This document shows positions 1-10,907 of a stretch of DNA of 64,000 bases, piece after piece. The stretch spans positions 94,798,001 to 94,862,000 of the forward strand of contig OX597815.1 in the NCBI GenBank assembly GCA_951406725.2, given 5' to 3'. The notes under the pieces are model-generated. The model was given only the letters and a program-made list of their open reading frames with translations, was not told where the DNA came from and did no database searches. A program made the translations under genes and the position numbers. Within the stretch, counting starts at the first letter, position 1. Each line of letters opens with the position of its first letter. This DNA is from Octopus vulgaris (Eukaryota).

Positions 1-637
1 CAGAGCTCGCGAGATCCCCGAACAAAGGGCCATTCGGAATGCGCCTAACGCCGCTAGCACCACCAGGACACGATCTGTCGAAACCCCACAGCAGAGGAGA
101 ACTCGCCAAGCTGTTGACGCCGCAAGCACAGCCATGGCCCGATCTGCCGAAACACCACAACAGATGAGTGCTCGCCAAGCTGCTAACTACACAAACACAG
201 CCATGGCTCAATCTGCCGAAACTCAAGACCAACAAACTATTCGGACATACAGAGATGCCATTAACACTGCTTCTTCAAGGGCTTCAGAGAGTGCTGAGGC
301 GAGAGCTGAAAGGCTTTCAAGGGATACCACTGCTACCGCTGTCGCACGCGCATCTCAATCTGCTGAGGCACGGCGCACTCGACTTCAGAGTATCAATCAA
401 CGTCGGGATATCATTCGTGGTGTACGTAACCCTAAACAAAACCAGAAAATGCACTCTGACTGTCATAGATTTTCTTCATACATGCAAGGGAATGGTGCCT
501 TGAATGCCTTAATGCCTTTTAGGCTTCATTTTACAAAATAACGGTTCGATGAGTACAAAAAAGGGTTAAAAGGTAAAGGGCATTGGTGATCGACAAAGTT
601 TCTTACATACCCGGGCAACGCCGGGCTCTGCTGCTAG
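1..637 (+). mobile_element. Helitron 3' portion (non-autonomous, internally deleted), starting before the window
   Basis: GC-rich hairpin CCCGG-GCAACG-CCGGG (610-625) followed by CTAG|T (634-638), the canonical Helitron 3' end. ORF 134-541 carries 'ARSAETPQQ/ARASQSAEARRTRL' repeats like the N-terminal repeat region of animal Rep-Hel proteins. Confidence 0.75.
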
Positions 638-1810
638 TAACAACTAAATCTTCTTAAGTTAACACTGTATCATTTAAAAAAATGTAGGACACTACAGAAG
701 TGTAGTCTGGTAATAACCTGGTTGATCGTGCATCGTGGTTGAAACTGCTTTGATCATATGACTGCTGGTTCAGGGTTGACCTGAGGCTAAGGAGCCACAG
801 CAACATAATTTTTTTTTTGTAGTGCCGGGTCTGCTAACCGTTCTAGACCTATGGTCAATGTCATTCAAACCTCACATGTTTCTACATGTATCTAGTTAAA
901 TTACTGTGTTATTCATTTGTCAACTTCTGCTGTTATTTGACGGCAATTGGGATGTTGTTTCTTTCAACTCACAGCATGAAAAGAACCATATTTATTGGCA
1001 CAGTGTCTTCCTTCGGTTGACGGTGTTAGTTATTCACAAATTTAAACTTACTTACCAAAGTTAAACTTTTGAGGAAATGAATAAAAGACAGAATCATTAG
1101 AAAGTTAGTTTCTGTATTTAAGATGCGTCATGATAATAATTTGTAATGATATTTATATTGAAGCCATATAGTTATTTAAATAAAGAGTTAAAATATTCTC
1201 AAATAAAAATGAATTAAGATAGGCAGAAATATAAAAAGAAAAATGTATAATTTGTAACACTATGTAGTAATAAGTAAATTGATTTCGTTTCAACTTTTGT
1301 CTAAAGTTGGAGCCAAAGGTTAGTTAGTTAAGAATTTATAGAAGTCTTCTCGACTTTAAGTGAAATTAAAGCAGACAGACTCTATAAAAGATTAGATTAT
1401 AGCTATTATTGTTGGGTAGTGACTGGAGATTACTTTGTAAGGGTAGATAGAGTGCGTCGATGTAGTTAGGAGAAATTGCGTAATAAAAAATAAAGTGAAA
1501 TAAAATTAAATTAACATATGGAATGAAGTAGTGAAGAAATACCGCAATAGCTTATTTTGATCGATGCCATAATCAAACAATTTTTGATGATGAACTTTAA
1601 CACCTGTTTTGGTTGGTTTATTACATTCCACGGCTACGACATCAATAATCTTTTCTCGCTATAACAGCTCTACAAGATGAGGTGAAAGTAATACGTATTA
1701 CACTTTATATGTTCTGTTCCACGATTACTCTCTTCACAAAGTTGGATTTTTGTGGCAATTAGTCCTCAAAATATGTTCTTGAATTCTGCATACGGTACGA
1801 AATATTGCTT

Positions 1811-2027
1811 ATACATACATACAAACATACATACATACATACATACATACATACATACATACATACATACATACATACATACATACATGCATACATACAT
1901 ACATACATACATACATAAATATGTGTGTGTGTATATATTTTATAATTATAGACTTATGTACTTATATATATAATTATATATGTATATAATATATATATAT
2001 ATATATATAATTATATATATAATATAT
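1811..2027. repeat. (TACA)n and (TA)n microsatellites
   Basis: Read directly from sequence. Confidence 0.95.
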
Positions 2028-2028
2028 A

Positions 2029-2414
2029 GGACTTTACATATCCGTTTACATATCCGTGGCCAGTTGTATTTAATGCCTGGGTATACCGACGCTGATGAAG
2101 GCAAAAAGGTAATGTTTTTTATTACTTCAAGTCCGAAACACGATCATGTACGCGGTTAACCTAAATTTTAATTCATTAATTTATTTTCCTTTTTCTACTA
2201 ACCTATTATGTAGTGTGTTTTTCTCGGAGAATTTATGGTGGTAATATTGTATTTTGACGTCTATTTTTCAGAGCGTGGTGAGGCGCAAGCCAAGCCCTTG
2301 TTATAATTATGTATATAATTATAAAATATTTATAAAATTTACCTATTAGGTTTTATTTCCGCGCTGACCAATTGGTAAAAATCATCTATGATTTTACCCT
2401 TTATTATTATTATA

Positions 2415-2415
<1 letters not shown>
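2029..2415 (+). mobile_element. Short non-autonomous element carrying a hammerhead ribozyme (Penelope-like pLTR/retrozyme type)
   Basis: Bounded by (TA)n and (TC)n/(TA)n; contains a hammerhead fold at 2085-2156; no ORF. Confidence 0.55.
2085..2156 (+). ncRNA. Type I hammerhead ribozyme
   Basis: Stem I accg(a)cg/cgcggt; core CTGATGA 2092-2098; long imperfect stem II with inner hairpin aaggtaat/attactt; GAAA 2135-2138; near-palindromic stem III acacgatcatgt; GUA triplet, predicted cleavage after 2150. Confidence 0.7.
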
Positions 2416-2475
<60 letters not shown>

Positions 2476-2494
2476 ATATATATATATATATATA

Positions 2495-3995
2495 GTCTGT
2501 TGTCCCAGTTTTCAAAAAGGGAAACAAGTCCCTTGCAGTGAATTACCGTCCGATCTCACTCACCTCTCATATCATCAAGGTATTTGAGAGGATGGTGAGA
2601 TCTCGAATAACCCAATTTCTGGAAAGCAACAGACGGCTGATCTCCAACCAACATGGGTTCCGTAATGGAAGGGACTGCCTAACGCAGCTCCTGCATCACT
2701 TTGAGGACATTTTGAGAGCTTTGGGAGAGGGCTCCAACACCGATGTCATCTACCTTGATTTCAGTAAGGCCTTCGACAGGGTCGATCACAAGATCCTATT
2801 GAAAAAACTATCCAACATTGGTGTCTCTGGAAAGTTACTGAAATGGATCAAGTGTTTCCTGACAGACAGATCTCAACATGTTGTAGTTGAAGGGGTAAAA
2901 TCAAGCCCAGCCAAAGTCAGTAGTGGCGTTCCGCAAGGCACTGTGCTGGGCCCACTTCTTTTCATCATTTACATTAATGACATTAATGACATCATCAAGC
3001 ACAGCAATATAAAAATCTTTGCAGATGACTCCAAGCTACAGAAGGTCATAAATGAGGCGAGTGACCGGACATGCCTTCAGTCAGATCTACTGGCTGTTAT
3101 CCAATGGGCAGAAAAAAACAATATGCTGCTGAACGAGGATAAATTTGAGCTAATCCACTTTGGAAAAGAGGATGCCCTGAAACTCCCATACTCCCTTCCT
3201 TCAGGTGAAACTCTCGCGGCGTCCAACAACATCAGAGACCTGGGAGTAATTGTGGACAACAACATAAGCTGGGCCACTCATATAAACACCAAAGTTGACA
3301 TGGCCCGCAGAATGTGTTCCTGGATTCTCAGAACTTTCCAGTCGAGAGATATCCACACCATTATCCTTCTCTTCTCCACTTTTGCCCGACCCCACCTTGA
3401 ATACTGTTGTCCACTGTGGTCTCCCCACACAATACAAGGTATCATAAAAGTTGAAGCACCTCAAAGGGCAATCACAAAAAAGATAGATGGCATGACAGGC
3501 CTCGACTATTGGGGTCGACTAGAAAAGCTAAAACTCTATTCTCTCCAACGTCGTCGTGAGCGCTACATCATCTGCATGATGTGGAAAATATTCCATCAGC
3601 ATTGCCCAAATGATGTTGGCATCACCTTTAAGGTACATCCAAGGCTTGGGCCCCGTGCCATCCGCCCAAAACAAAAATCGCACTCTCATCTCATAACAAC
3701 AATACGGCACAATTATTTCACCTCAATTGGCCCCGCTCTCTTTAACATTACACCAAAACACATTAAAACAGAAACTGACCCTATAGGGTTCAAGAAGTCT
3801 TTGGACAGATTCCTTCAAGAAATCCCGGATAAACCCCCTACACCCGGATATGTCTCTGTAAACAATAACTCTCTACTTGAGTGGGCCATAGTGCCCAAAT
3901 TCTGACTTGAAAGACTTCACCAGGTGGTGCTATTAAGTTAGACATGGCCTGGGCCAATAATGGCCGAAACCTATCAAAGTATCAAAGTATCAAAG

Positions 3996-3996
<1 letters not shown>
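2495..3996 (+). mobile_element. 5'-truncated CR1-like LINE inserted in (TA)n
   Basis: Begins mid-ORF (SVVPVFKKGNKSLAVNYRPISL); ends in an 8-bp (ATCAAAGT)x3 tail typical of CR1; flanked by (TA)n on both sides. Confidence 0.92.
2538..3905 (+). CDS. CR1-type reverse transcriptase (ORF2 C-terminal part, open frame, no true start codon)
   Basis: Motifs NYRPISLTS, QHGFR, YLDFSKAFD, SGVPQGTVLGPLLF, FADD, DLGV, RPHLEYC, LYSLQRRRER. Confidence 0.93.
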   Translation: MNYRPISLTSHIIKVFERMVRSRITQFLESNRRLISNQHGFRNGRDCLTQLLHHFEDILRALGEGSNTDVIYLDFSKAFDRVDHKILLKKLSNIGVSGKLLKWIKCFLTDRSQHVVVEGVKSSPAKVSSGVPQGTVLGPLLFIIYINDINDIIKHSNIKIFADDSKLQKVINEASDRTCLQSDLLAVIQWAEKNNMLLNEDKFELIHFGKEDALKLPYSLPSGETLAASNNIRDLGVIVDNNISWATHINTKVDMARRMCSWILRTFQSRDIHTIILLFSTFARPHLEYCCPLWSPHTIQGIIKVEAPQRAITKKIDGMTGLDYWGRLEKLKLYSLQRRRERYIICMMWKIFHQHCPNDVGITFKVHPRLGPRAIRPKQKSHSHLITTIRHNYFTSIGPALFNITPKHIKTETDPIGFKKSLDRFLQEIPDKPPTPGYVSVNNNSLLEWAIVPKF

Positions 3997-4035
<39 letters not shown>

Positions 4036-4223
4036 TATGTATGTATTTATCTATGTATGCATGAATGTATGTATGTATGTATGTATGTATGTATGTATGT
4101 ATGTATGTATGTATGTATCTGTATATGCATGCATGTATATATATATACATACATGTATGTATATATAAATATGTACATACATATATATATATATGTCCAT
4201 ATCTATCTATCTATCTATCTATA

Positions 4224-4291
<68 letters not shown>

Positions 4292-4395
4292 AATCTATCT
4301 ATCAATCTATATATCTGTATATCTATCTGTCTGTCTGTCTGTCTATCTGTCTATCTCCCCCTCCCTCCTCTCTGTCTCTCTCTCTATCTATCTAT
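3997..4395. repeat. Compound microsatellite (TA)/(TATG)/(TCTA)/(TCTG)
   Basis: Read directly; explains ORFs 3944-4480. Confidence 0.95.
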
Positions 4396-5179
4396 GCTTT
4401 CGGTGCGAATGTTTTTGTTAAGCGATGTCAAGATTTACGATTCTGTAAATAATAATAATGGTGTTCTTTTAAAAGTTTAAAGATTATAGCGATCACTGTG
4501 CAAATGACTAAGGAAAATAATCTAATAATGATGCATATAAGCCCTCGACAGAAAAGAATTAGGCTTTCCTGTACATACAGAAAAAGGAAAAAGCCTGTAG
4601 GGGCGGGTTTGCCTTAATGAGTTAAATCATAAACCTAAAATGAAGGAAGAAACTAAAGTTTGGTAAGGATATTTATTAAAGATGTTTGTTGTCAAAGAAA
4701 GTATAGCTGGTATTGACATAGTATGAATAGAAATGATATTAATTTCAAAGCTAAAATATGTTTAGGAGAACTGGTATAGTGCCAACAGTAGAATAACGGT
4801 AGAGAGTAAAAAGTAATGATTTAGCTGGTTTTAAATATATAAGTAATCACTGTAAAGTAGGCGGTAGGAATGATTGAGAACTAGGAATTGGTTTCATGAT
4901 ACATAGATGTTTACATCCAAGGATAGATATTAGAAAATCCTGAATTGCAGTGGTATGGGTAAGGCTGGGTGTAGAAAGATAGAAGCAGTTAACTCTCATT
5001 ATAGAGATATTCCGCATAAGGAGGAGCGGAATTAGTATAAAGTACGGGAGAATGTAAAAGTACAGGGTGTTGCTGCCGCAATTGAGAGAATTTCATCTTA
5101 GGCTAACACCCGAAGTGCGCAGAAAGCCGAGGAAGAGTATACAAGCATTAACCCGAAAACGCTCCCCGGCAGAAAAATA

Positions 5180-5587
5180 TACTCTTTTACTTGTTTCAGT
5201 CATTTGACTGTGGCCATGCTGGAGCACCGCCATTAGTCGAGTAAATCGACCCCAGGACTTATTCTTTGTTAACCTAGTACTTATTCTATAGTTCTCTTTT
5301 GCCGAACCGCTAAGTTACGGGGACGTAAACACACCACCATCGGTTGTCAAACGATGTTTGGAGAAAAACAGACACACAAACATATACACACACATACATA
5401 TACATATATATATACATATATACGACGGGCTTATTTTCTGTTTCCGTCTACCAAATCCACTCACAAGGCTTTGGTCGGCCCGAGGCTATAGTAGAAGACT
5501 TTTGCCCATGGTACCACGCCGTGGGACTGTACCCGGAACCATGTGGTTGGTAAGCAAGCTACCTACCACACAGCCACCTCTCTACCT
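5180..5587 (-). mobile_element. tRNA-derived SINE (octopus-type family 1), near full length
   Basis: Reverse complement of the copies at 27442 and 50861: tRNA-like head, central TA/CA tract, tail ...AATGACTGAAACAAGTAAAAGAGTA. Confidence 0.9.
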
Positions 5588-5838
5588 ATATGTGAAAATA
5601 ATGTGGAAAAAAATAAAGTAAGTATAATGATGAAAATTAAGTGGACGATACGTATTGGTAAACTGAAAGGCTAAGTGGTTTGAGTTGTTTTCTGCTCTTT
5701 CTAGCGCAAGGCTTTCCTATGATGGAAGCCTCTTAATGTGTTTTAATGTACACGATATTTTATATGAATAATATATAGTCTATTGACTAACTATTTTTGC
5801 GCTAGGCCACTGGTAATAAAATTTTCTATAATTCTTAT

Positions 5839-5875
<37 letters not shown>

Positions 5876-6116
5876 CAGACTACTGATAATTTCTTTTAAA
5901 GATTTTATCCTCAATTGTTAATTTATATATTTTTCACCGGAATAGTTCAATACTGAATTTTTATTCCGACTAGACAATTTGTTACCAAAATGCATTGCGA
6001 ATAAGCCCGCCATTTTCATAGATATGTAAAGATAAACATTCGTACATGCTACGATGAATTCTACGGTTGGCTATCGAGCTTGTAATGTTATGTTTTCTCT
6101 TATATTTCTTGAGTTT

Positions 6117-6180
6117 GTTGCACTGATGAACATGAAATGCATATTCTGCATTAAATGCGAAATCACATGTGATATGTAAC
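6117..6180 (+). ncRNA. Type I hammerhead ribozyme, copy 1
   Basis: Stem I gttgca/tgtaac (one G-U); CTGATGA 6123-6129; stem II cat..aatgc/gcatt..atg; GAAA 6159-6162; perfect palindrome atcacatgtgat as stem III; AUA triplet, predicted cleavage after 6174. Confidence 0.8.
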
Positions 6181-6616
6181 TGAATTCTTTTTTAAAATGA
6201 TGTGTTTTGAAGTTTTGCATTCGGTAAAATTTTGTTTATTTTTAGTAGTTTTGACCGCATTGGTCCCTCTTAGCGTGTTGGTATCTACGAATAGTAGTAC
6301 CCTCAATATAATATAAATGAATATTTTCAAAGAGGAAGAATTTACGGATTTTTTCTCTTACGAGGTTTTTCACGCTGACTACTGATACTTTCTTTTAAAG
6401 ATTTTATCCTCAATTGTTAATTTATATATTTTTCACCGGAATAGTTCAATACTGAATTTTTATTCCGACTAGACAATTTGTGTACCAAAATGCATTGCGA
6501 ATAAGCCCGCCATTTTCATAGATATGTAAAGATAAACATTCGTACATGCTACGATGAATTCTACGGTTGGCTATCGAGCTTGTAATGTTATGTTTTCTCT
6601 TATATTTCTTGAGTTT

Positions 6617-6680
6617 GTTGCACTGATGAACATGAAATGCATATTCAGCATTAAATGCGAAATCACATGTGATATGTAAC
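6617..6680 (+). ncRNA. Type I hammerhead ribozyme, copy 2
   Basis: Same fold 500 nt downstream; its only difference from copy 1 (t>a) lies in loop II. Confidence 0.8.
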
Positions 6681-6916
6681 TGAATTCTTTTTTTAAATGA
6701 TGTGTTTTGAAGTTTTGCATTCGGTAAAATTTTGTTTATTTTTAGTAGTTTTGACCGCATTGGTCCCTCTTAGCGTGTTGGTATCTACGAATAGTAGTAC
6801 CCTCAATATAATATAAATGAATATTTTCAAAGAGGAAGAATTTACGGATTTTTTCTCTTACGAGGTTTTTCACGCTGACTACTGATAATTTCTTTTAAAG
6901 ATTTTATCCTCAATTG

Positions 6917-6959
<43 letters not shown>

Positions 6960-8256
6960 CGTATACACATATATATGTATATGTGTATATATACATTTAC
7001 AATCAATTAGAACGTTATCTTTATTATTATTGGAATCATTAATATATATTAACTAAATATATATTTTAATTAATGAATATAGTGAATATAGATTAAAAGA
7101 TAGTAATTTCATTATTTTGTTGTTGTTGATATTGATATTTTTATCATATTTATTATATTATATGTGTACTAAGATTAAAAGTATTAAGTATTATCTTTGC
7201 GGAGAAATGCTTTTAGTAACGTTAAATAATTTTGAATATGTAGTAAAAAATTTATTTGTACTTCATTTATTCCCTAAATGAGCGAAGTATTTGATCTAAA
7301 TATACATTAATTTACTTATATAATAAGTTTAATTTATTAGTTAGGGTTTGTTTTGAATATCTATCTGATATATAATATATATTTGTTACAAGTGACAGTG
7401 TAGTTTATGGTTTGTGATAATGTTTTATATATTGGTCAACATGACTTTGTATTATATATTTCGAATTAGATTTATTTTAGATGTTTATTTAATGAATTAT
7501 AATATTTATTAATGAATATTAATTACATTACAGTTTTCAGATTAACTTAAGTATATTAAATTAGTGGTTATAAAATTGATACAGATTGAATTAGTACTGA
7601 GTTTATATAGAATGGGTCTAAAGGTTGATTCGTTCGAATAAAGGTTGGGCTCCAGCGTAACCATTTTTATATGAAGAAACAAATAAATTTGTAAAATTGT
7701 ATTAGAGAATTTACAGTAAATTGTAGTTATATAAATTAATTTAACTATGTGGTAATTTGATTATGTTTATATTTTATCGTAGTTAATTTTAAATTTTAGG
7801 TTTCTAGTGAATGATATCCTATTTAGTGACTTTATTCTCTGTTACAGATTTTATTCTCTTTTTTTTTGTTAAAGCTAAAATATATTTGTAGTTTTCATTG
7901 ATAAAATTTCTATTTCTTTAAGCCATATATTCACGAGTAAATTTATAAACGCTAAGATATACGTTTTTCGTTTTGGATTTTTTTAGTTCATTATACACCT
8001 TTTGGAGAGGTGAGTAGACATTTTTATTTACAAAATATCAATGTACTCTATATAAGTAATGATTGTTGAATATGAATTTCTAATTTTATATTTGGTAATG
8101 ATAATTTAGATACATAAGTTTATTTAATTATTATTATTTTATAATTATTTTATCTGAACGTAAATTGTAAAATATTACTTTGTCACTTTCTGATTTAGAT
8201 TGTAAAAATATTTTAGTATAACTATAAGTTCTTATTATATTTCTAGTACTATTAAT

Positions 8257-8292
<36 letters not shown>

Positions 8293-8295
<3 letters not shown>

Positions 8296-10818
8296 GATAA
8301 TGATAAAGATAAAAGAAAAGCTAAAGCAAGATATCCTTGCCAAAGCACAAAGGATCCGCCGGTATGAGAAACGCCAACGGTTCTTTGAACAAAATGAACA
8401 GTTCAACTCCAACCCCCAAAAGTTCTACCAAGAACTTGGCAAAAATAAAATAGACATCACTGCAGCACCAACGGCAGAAGAAGTGGAAGAATTCTGGAAA
8501 GAAATATGGTCGGCGAAAGAACAACCAAAAAAGGGGTATTAAAACAACAATCTCAGCATCTGAGCAACTTTGGACCACCATAACAACTGAAGAGGTCACC
8601 CAGTTACAATAAAGACTAAGCAACTGGAAGGCACCTGGGCATGACAAGATCCCCAACTTCTGGTTGAAATATCTGACAGGAATGCACAAAAAGCTGGCTG
8701 AAAACTTTAACAACATACTGGCGGAGCCAGACTATGCCTGAATGGCTCACAAAGAGGAAAACCATCTTAATTCCCAAATCAAATAAGACAGCAAAACCAG
8801 AAAACTACAGACTTATAACCTGTCTCCCTACAATGTACAAAGCATTCACTGCAGTAATATCACAAAGATTAAACAAGCACCTGGACGAAAACAACATGTT
8901 TCCAGAAGAGCAGAAAGGATGCCGCAAAGGCTCATATGGCTGTAAAGATCAACTAATGATCAATAAAGCCATAACTGAAGATTGCCACAGAAAGAAGTAT
9001 GGCCTGGATTGAGTAGAGAAAGGCGTTTGATAGCATCCCCCACACATGGATTCTCGAAACAATAGCCATTAACAAAGTAGCACCAACAATTATAAATACA
9101 TAAGACACTCTATGAATAAATGGCAAATAGTGCTACAGCTCCAAACAAAAGAGGGACTCGTGAAAACCAAAACCATCCCCATTAGACGAGGAATATTCCA
9201 GGGAGACACGCTCTCTCCACTCCTTTTCTGCTTGGCACTCACCTCTATCCGATATGCTAGGTAGAACTGGATGCAGATATAAATGTTACGGCAAAATGAT
9301 CAGCCACTTTTTATATATGGATGACCTAAAACTATACGCTACAAAAGACAAACAACTGGAAACACTACTAAAGACAGTTCATGGATTCACCAAAGAAATA
9401 GATATGAAATTTGGATTAGAAAAATGCGCCAAAGTAACCCTGAAAAGAGGAAAACTAGTGAAGAGTAGCAACATCACACTAGATAAAGCCAATGAAATAA
9501 GAGAATTAATGCTAAAAACAAGATAATAGGTATTAACACTTTAGCCGTCCCAGTTATAAGTTACAGCTACAATATCCTTAACTGGACGCTAAATGAACTT
9601 ACCAAAATAGATAGGAAAACAAGAAAAATAATGACAGGATCTAGGATGCATCACCCAAAATCTGACATAGAAAGGCTATATATACAACGTATAGATGGTG
9701 GTAGAAGCCTTATAAAGCTGGAAAACTACTATAAAATAACCACCATAGGACTGCAAAAATACCTACTTCAGAAGCAAGGAAAACTGATACAAATGGCTGC
9801 AAAACCAAAAACAAAACTGTTCTCAGTTTTTAAGGAAGCTGACAAATACAAGCAAGAAATCATACCACCTAACAAATATGAAGAAGAAGAAAACACAACA
9901 AAAGCTAAAAGCAAAGGCAATCAAAACTAAAACTAGAACAGCAACGGACCATGATAAGACGATGGCAAGAAAAGCCCCTTCATGGAAAGTACTGTACTAA
10001 ACTAAATGAAATAGACAAAGAAAAATCCCAGCAGTGGTTGAGAAGCTCAGGATTCAAAGCAGAGACAGAGTGATTTTTAATTGCAGCACAAGATCAAAGC
10101 CTCCCCATCAGGAATTACCAAAAACATGCAATGAAAAGAAATATAACAAGTAACTGCAGAATATGTGGAGATGGACAAGAAACAATAAATCATATTATCT
10201 CTGGCTGCCCAGTCCTTGCTAAGACGGAATATATTCACAAACACGACAAAGTTGGGACCTGCATACACTGGAAGCTATGCCAACATTATGGAATAACAAC
10301 AGAAAAAACATGGTATAGCCACACACCAGAAAAGGTCACGGAAAACGAGAAAGCAACCATACTCTGTGATATGCCAATACACACAGATAGAGAAATTAAG
10401 GCCAACAGACCAGATATAGTTGTCAGTGATCAGGAAGAAAAAAATGCTTTCTAATTGATGTATCAATATCAGTAGATGACAACGTGTCTCTAAAAGAAAT
10501 GGAGAAACTTTCAAAATACAAAGACCTGGAAATAGAAGTAACTAGAATGTGGAATCTAAAAACAGAAACAATTCCTATCATAGTAGGTGCATTAGGCATG
10601 ATAAAAAATATGCAGACAAATACATAACAAAACACCAGGACTTACAAACACATATAACATTCAGAAAATTGCACTACGAGGCACTTCACACATCATACGC
10701 AGAACATTTTCAATACAGTAACCATCAGAGCATCACAACAAATCACAGCACATACGCAAGGCACACAGAGATGCGCTCGGTAGTGAAGTGAAAGTACGTT
10801 ATAAAAATAAAACTACTG
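8293..10818 (+). mobile_element. R4/Dong-type non-LTR retrotransposon (RT plus REL endonuclease), 5'-truncated, degenerate, inside (AAT)n
   Basis: Frameshifted pieces: WKAPGHDKIPNFW, ENYRLITCLPTMYK, PEEQKGC, RRGIFQGDTLSPLLF, HFLYMDDLKL, CRICG..ETINHIISGC zinc knuckle, RPDIVV..LIDVSI REL motif; flanked by (AAT)n at 8259-8292 and ~10838-10907. Confidence 0.9.
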
Positions 10819-10855
10819 AATAAAAATAAAAATAAAAATAATAATAATAATAATC

Positions 10856-10907
<52 letters not shown>

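Larger units (their letters stand above)
5878..6919 (+). repeat. Head-to-tail tandem of a ~500-bp unit (2 full copies plus ~43 bp), each full unit with a hammerhead ribozyme
   Basis: Units start at 5878, 6377 and 6877; only a few differences between copies; flanked by (TA)n on both sides. Confidence 0.92.

Noticed and set aside
5878-6919. CRISPR-like interpretation of the repeats in this window
   Set aside because: Eukaryotic DNA; no short repeat-spacer arrays or cas genes.
6960-8258. AT-rich tract considered as a mitochondrial insertion (NUMT)
   Set aside because: No recognisable mitochondrial gene, rRNA or tRNA motifs.
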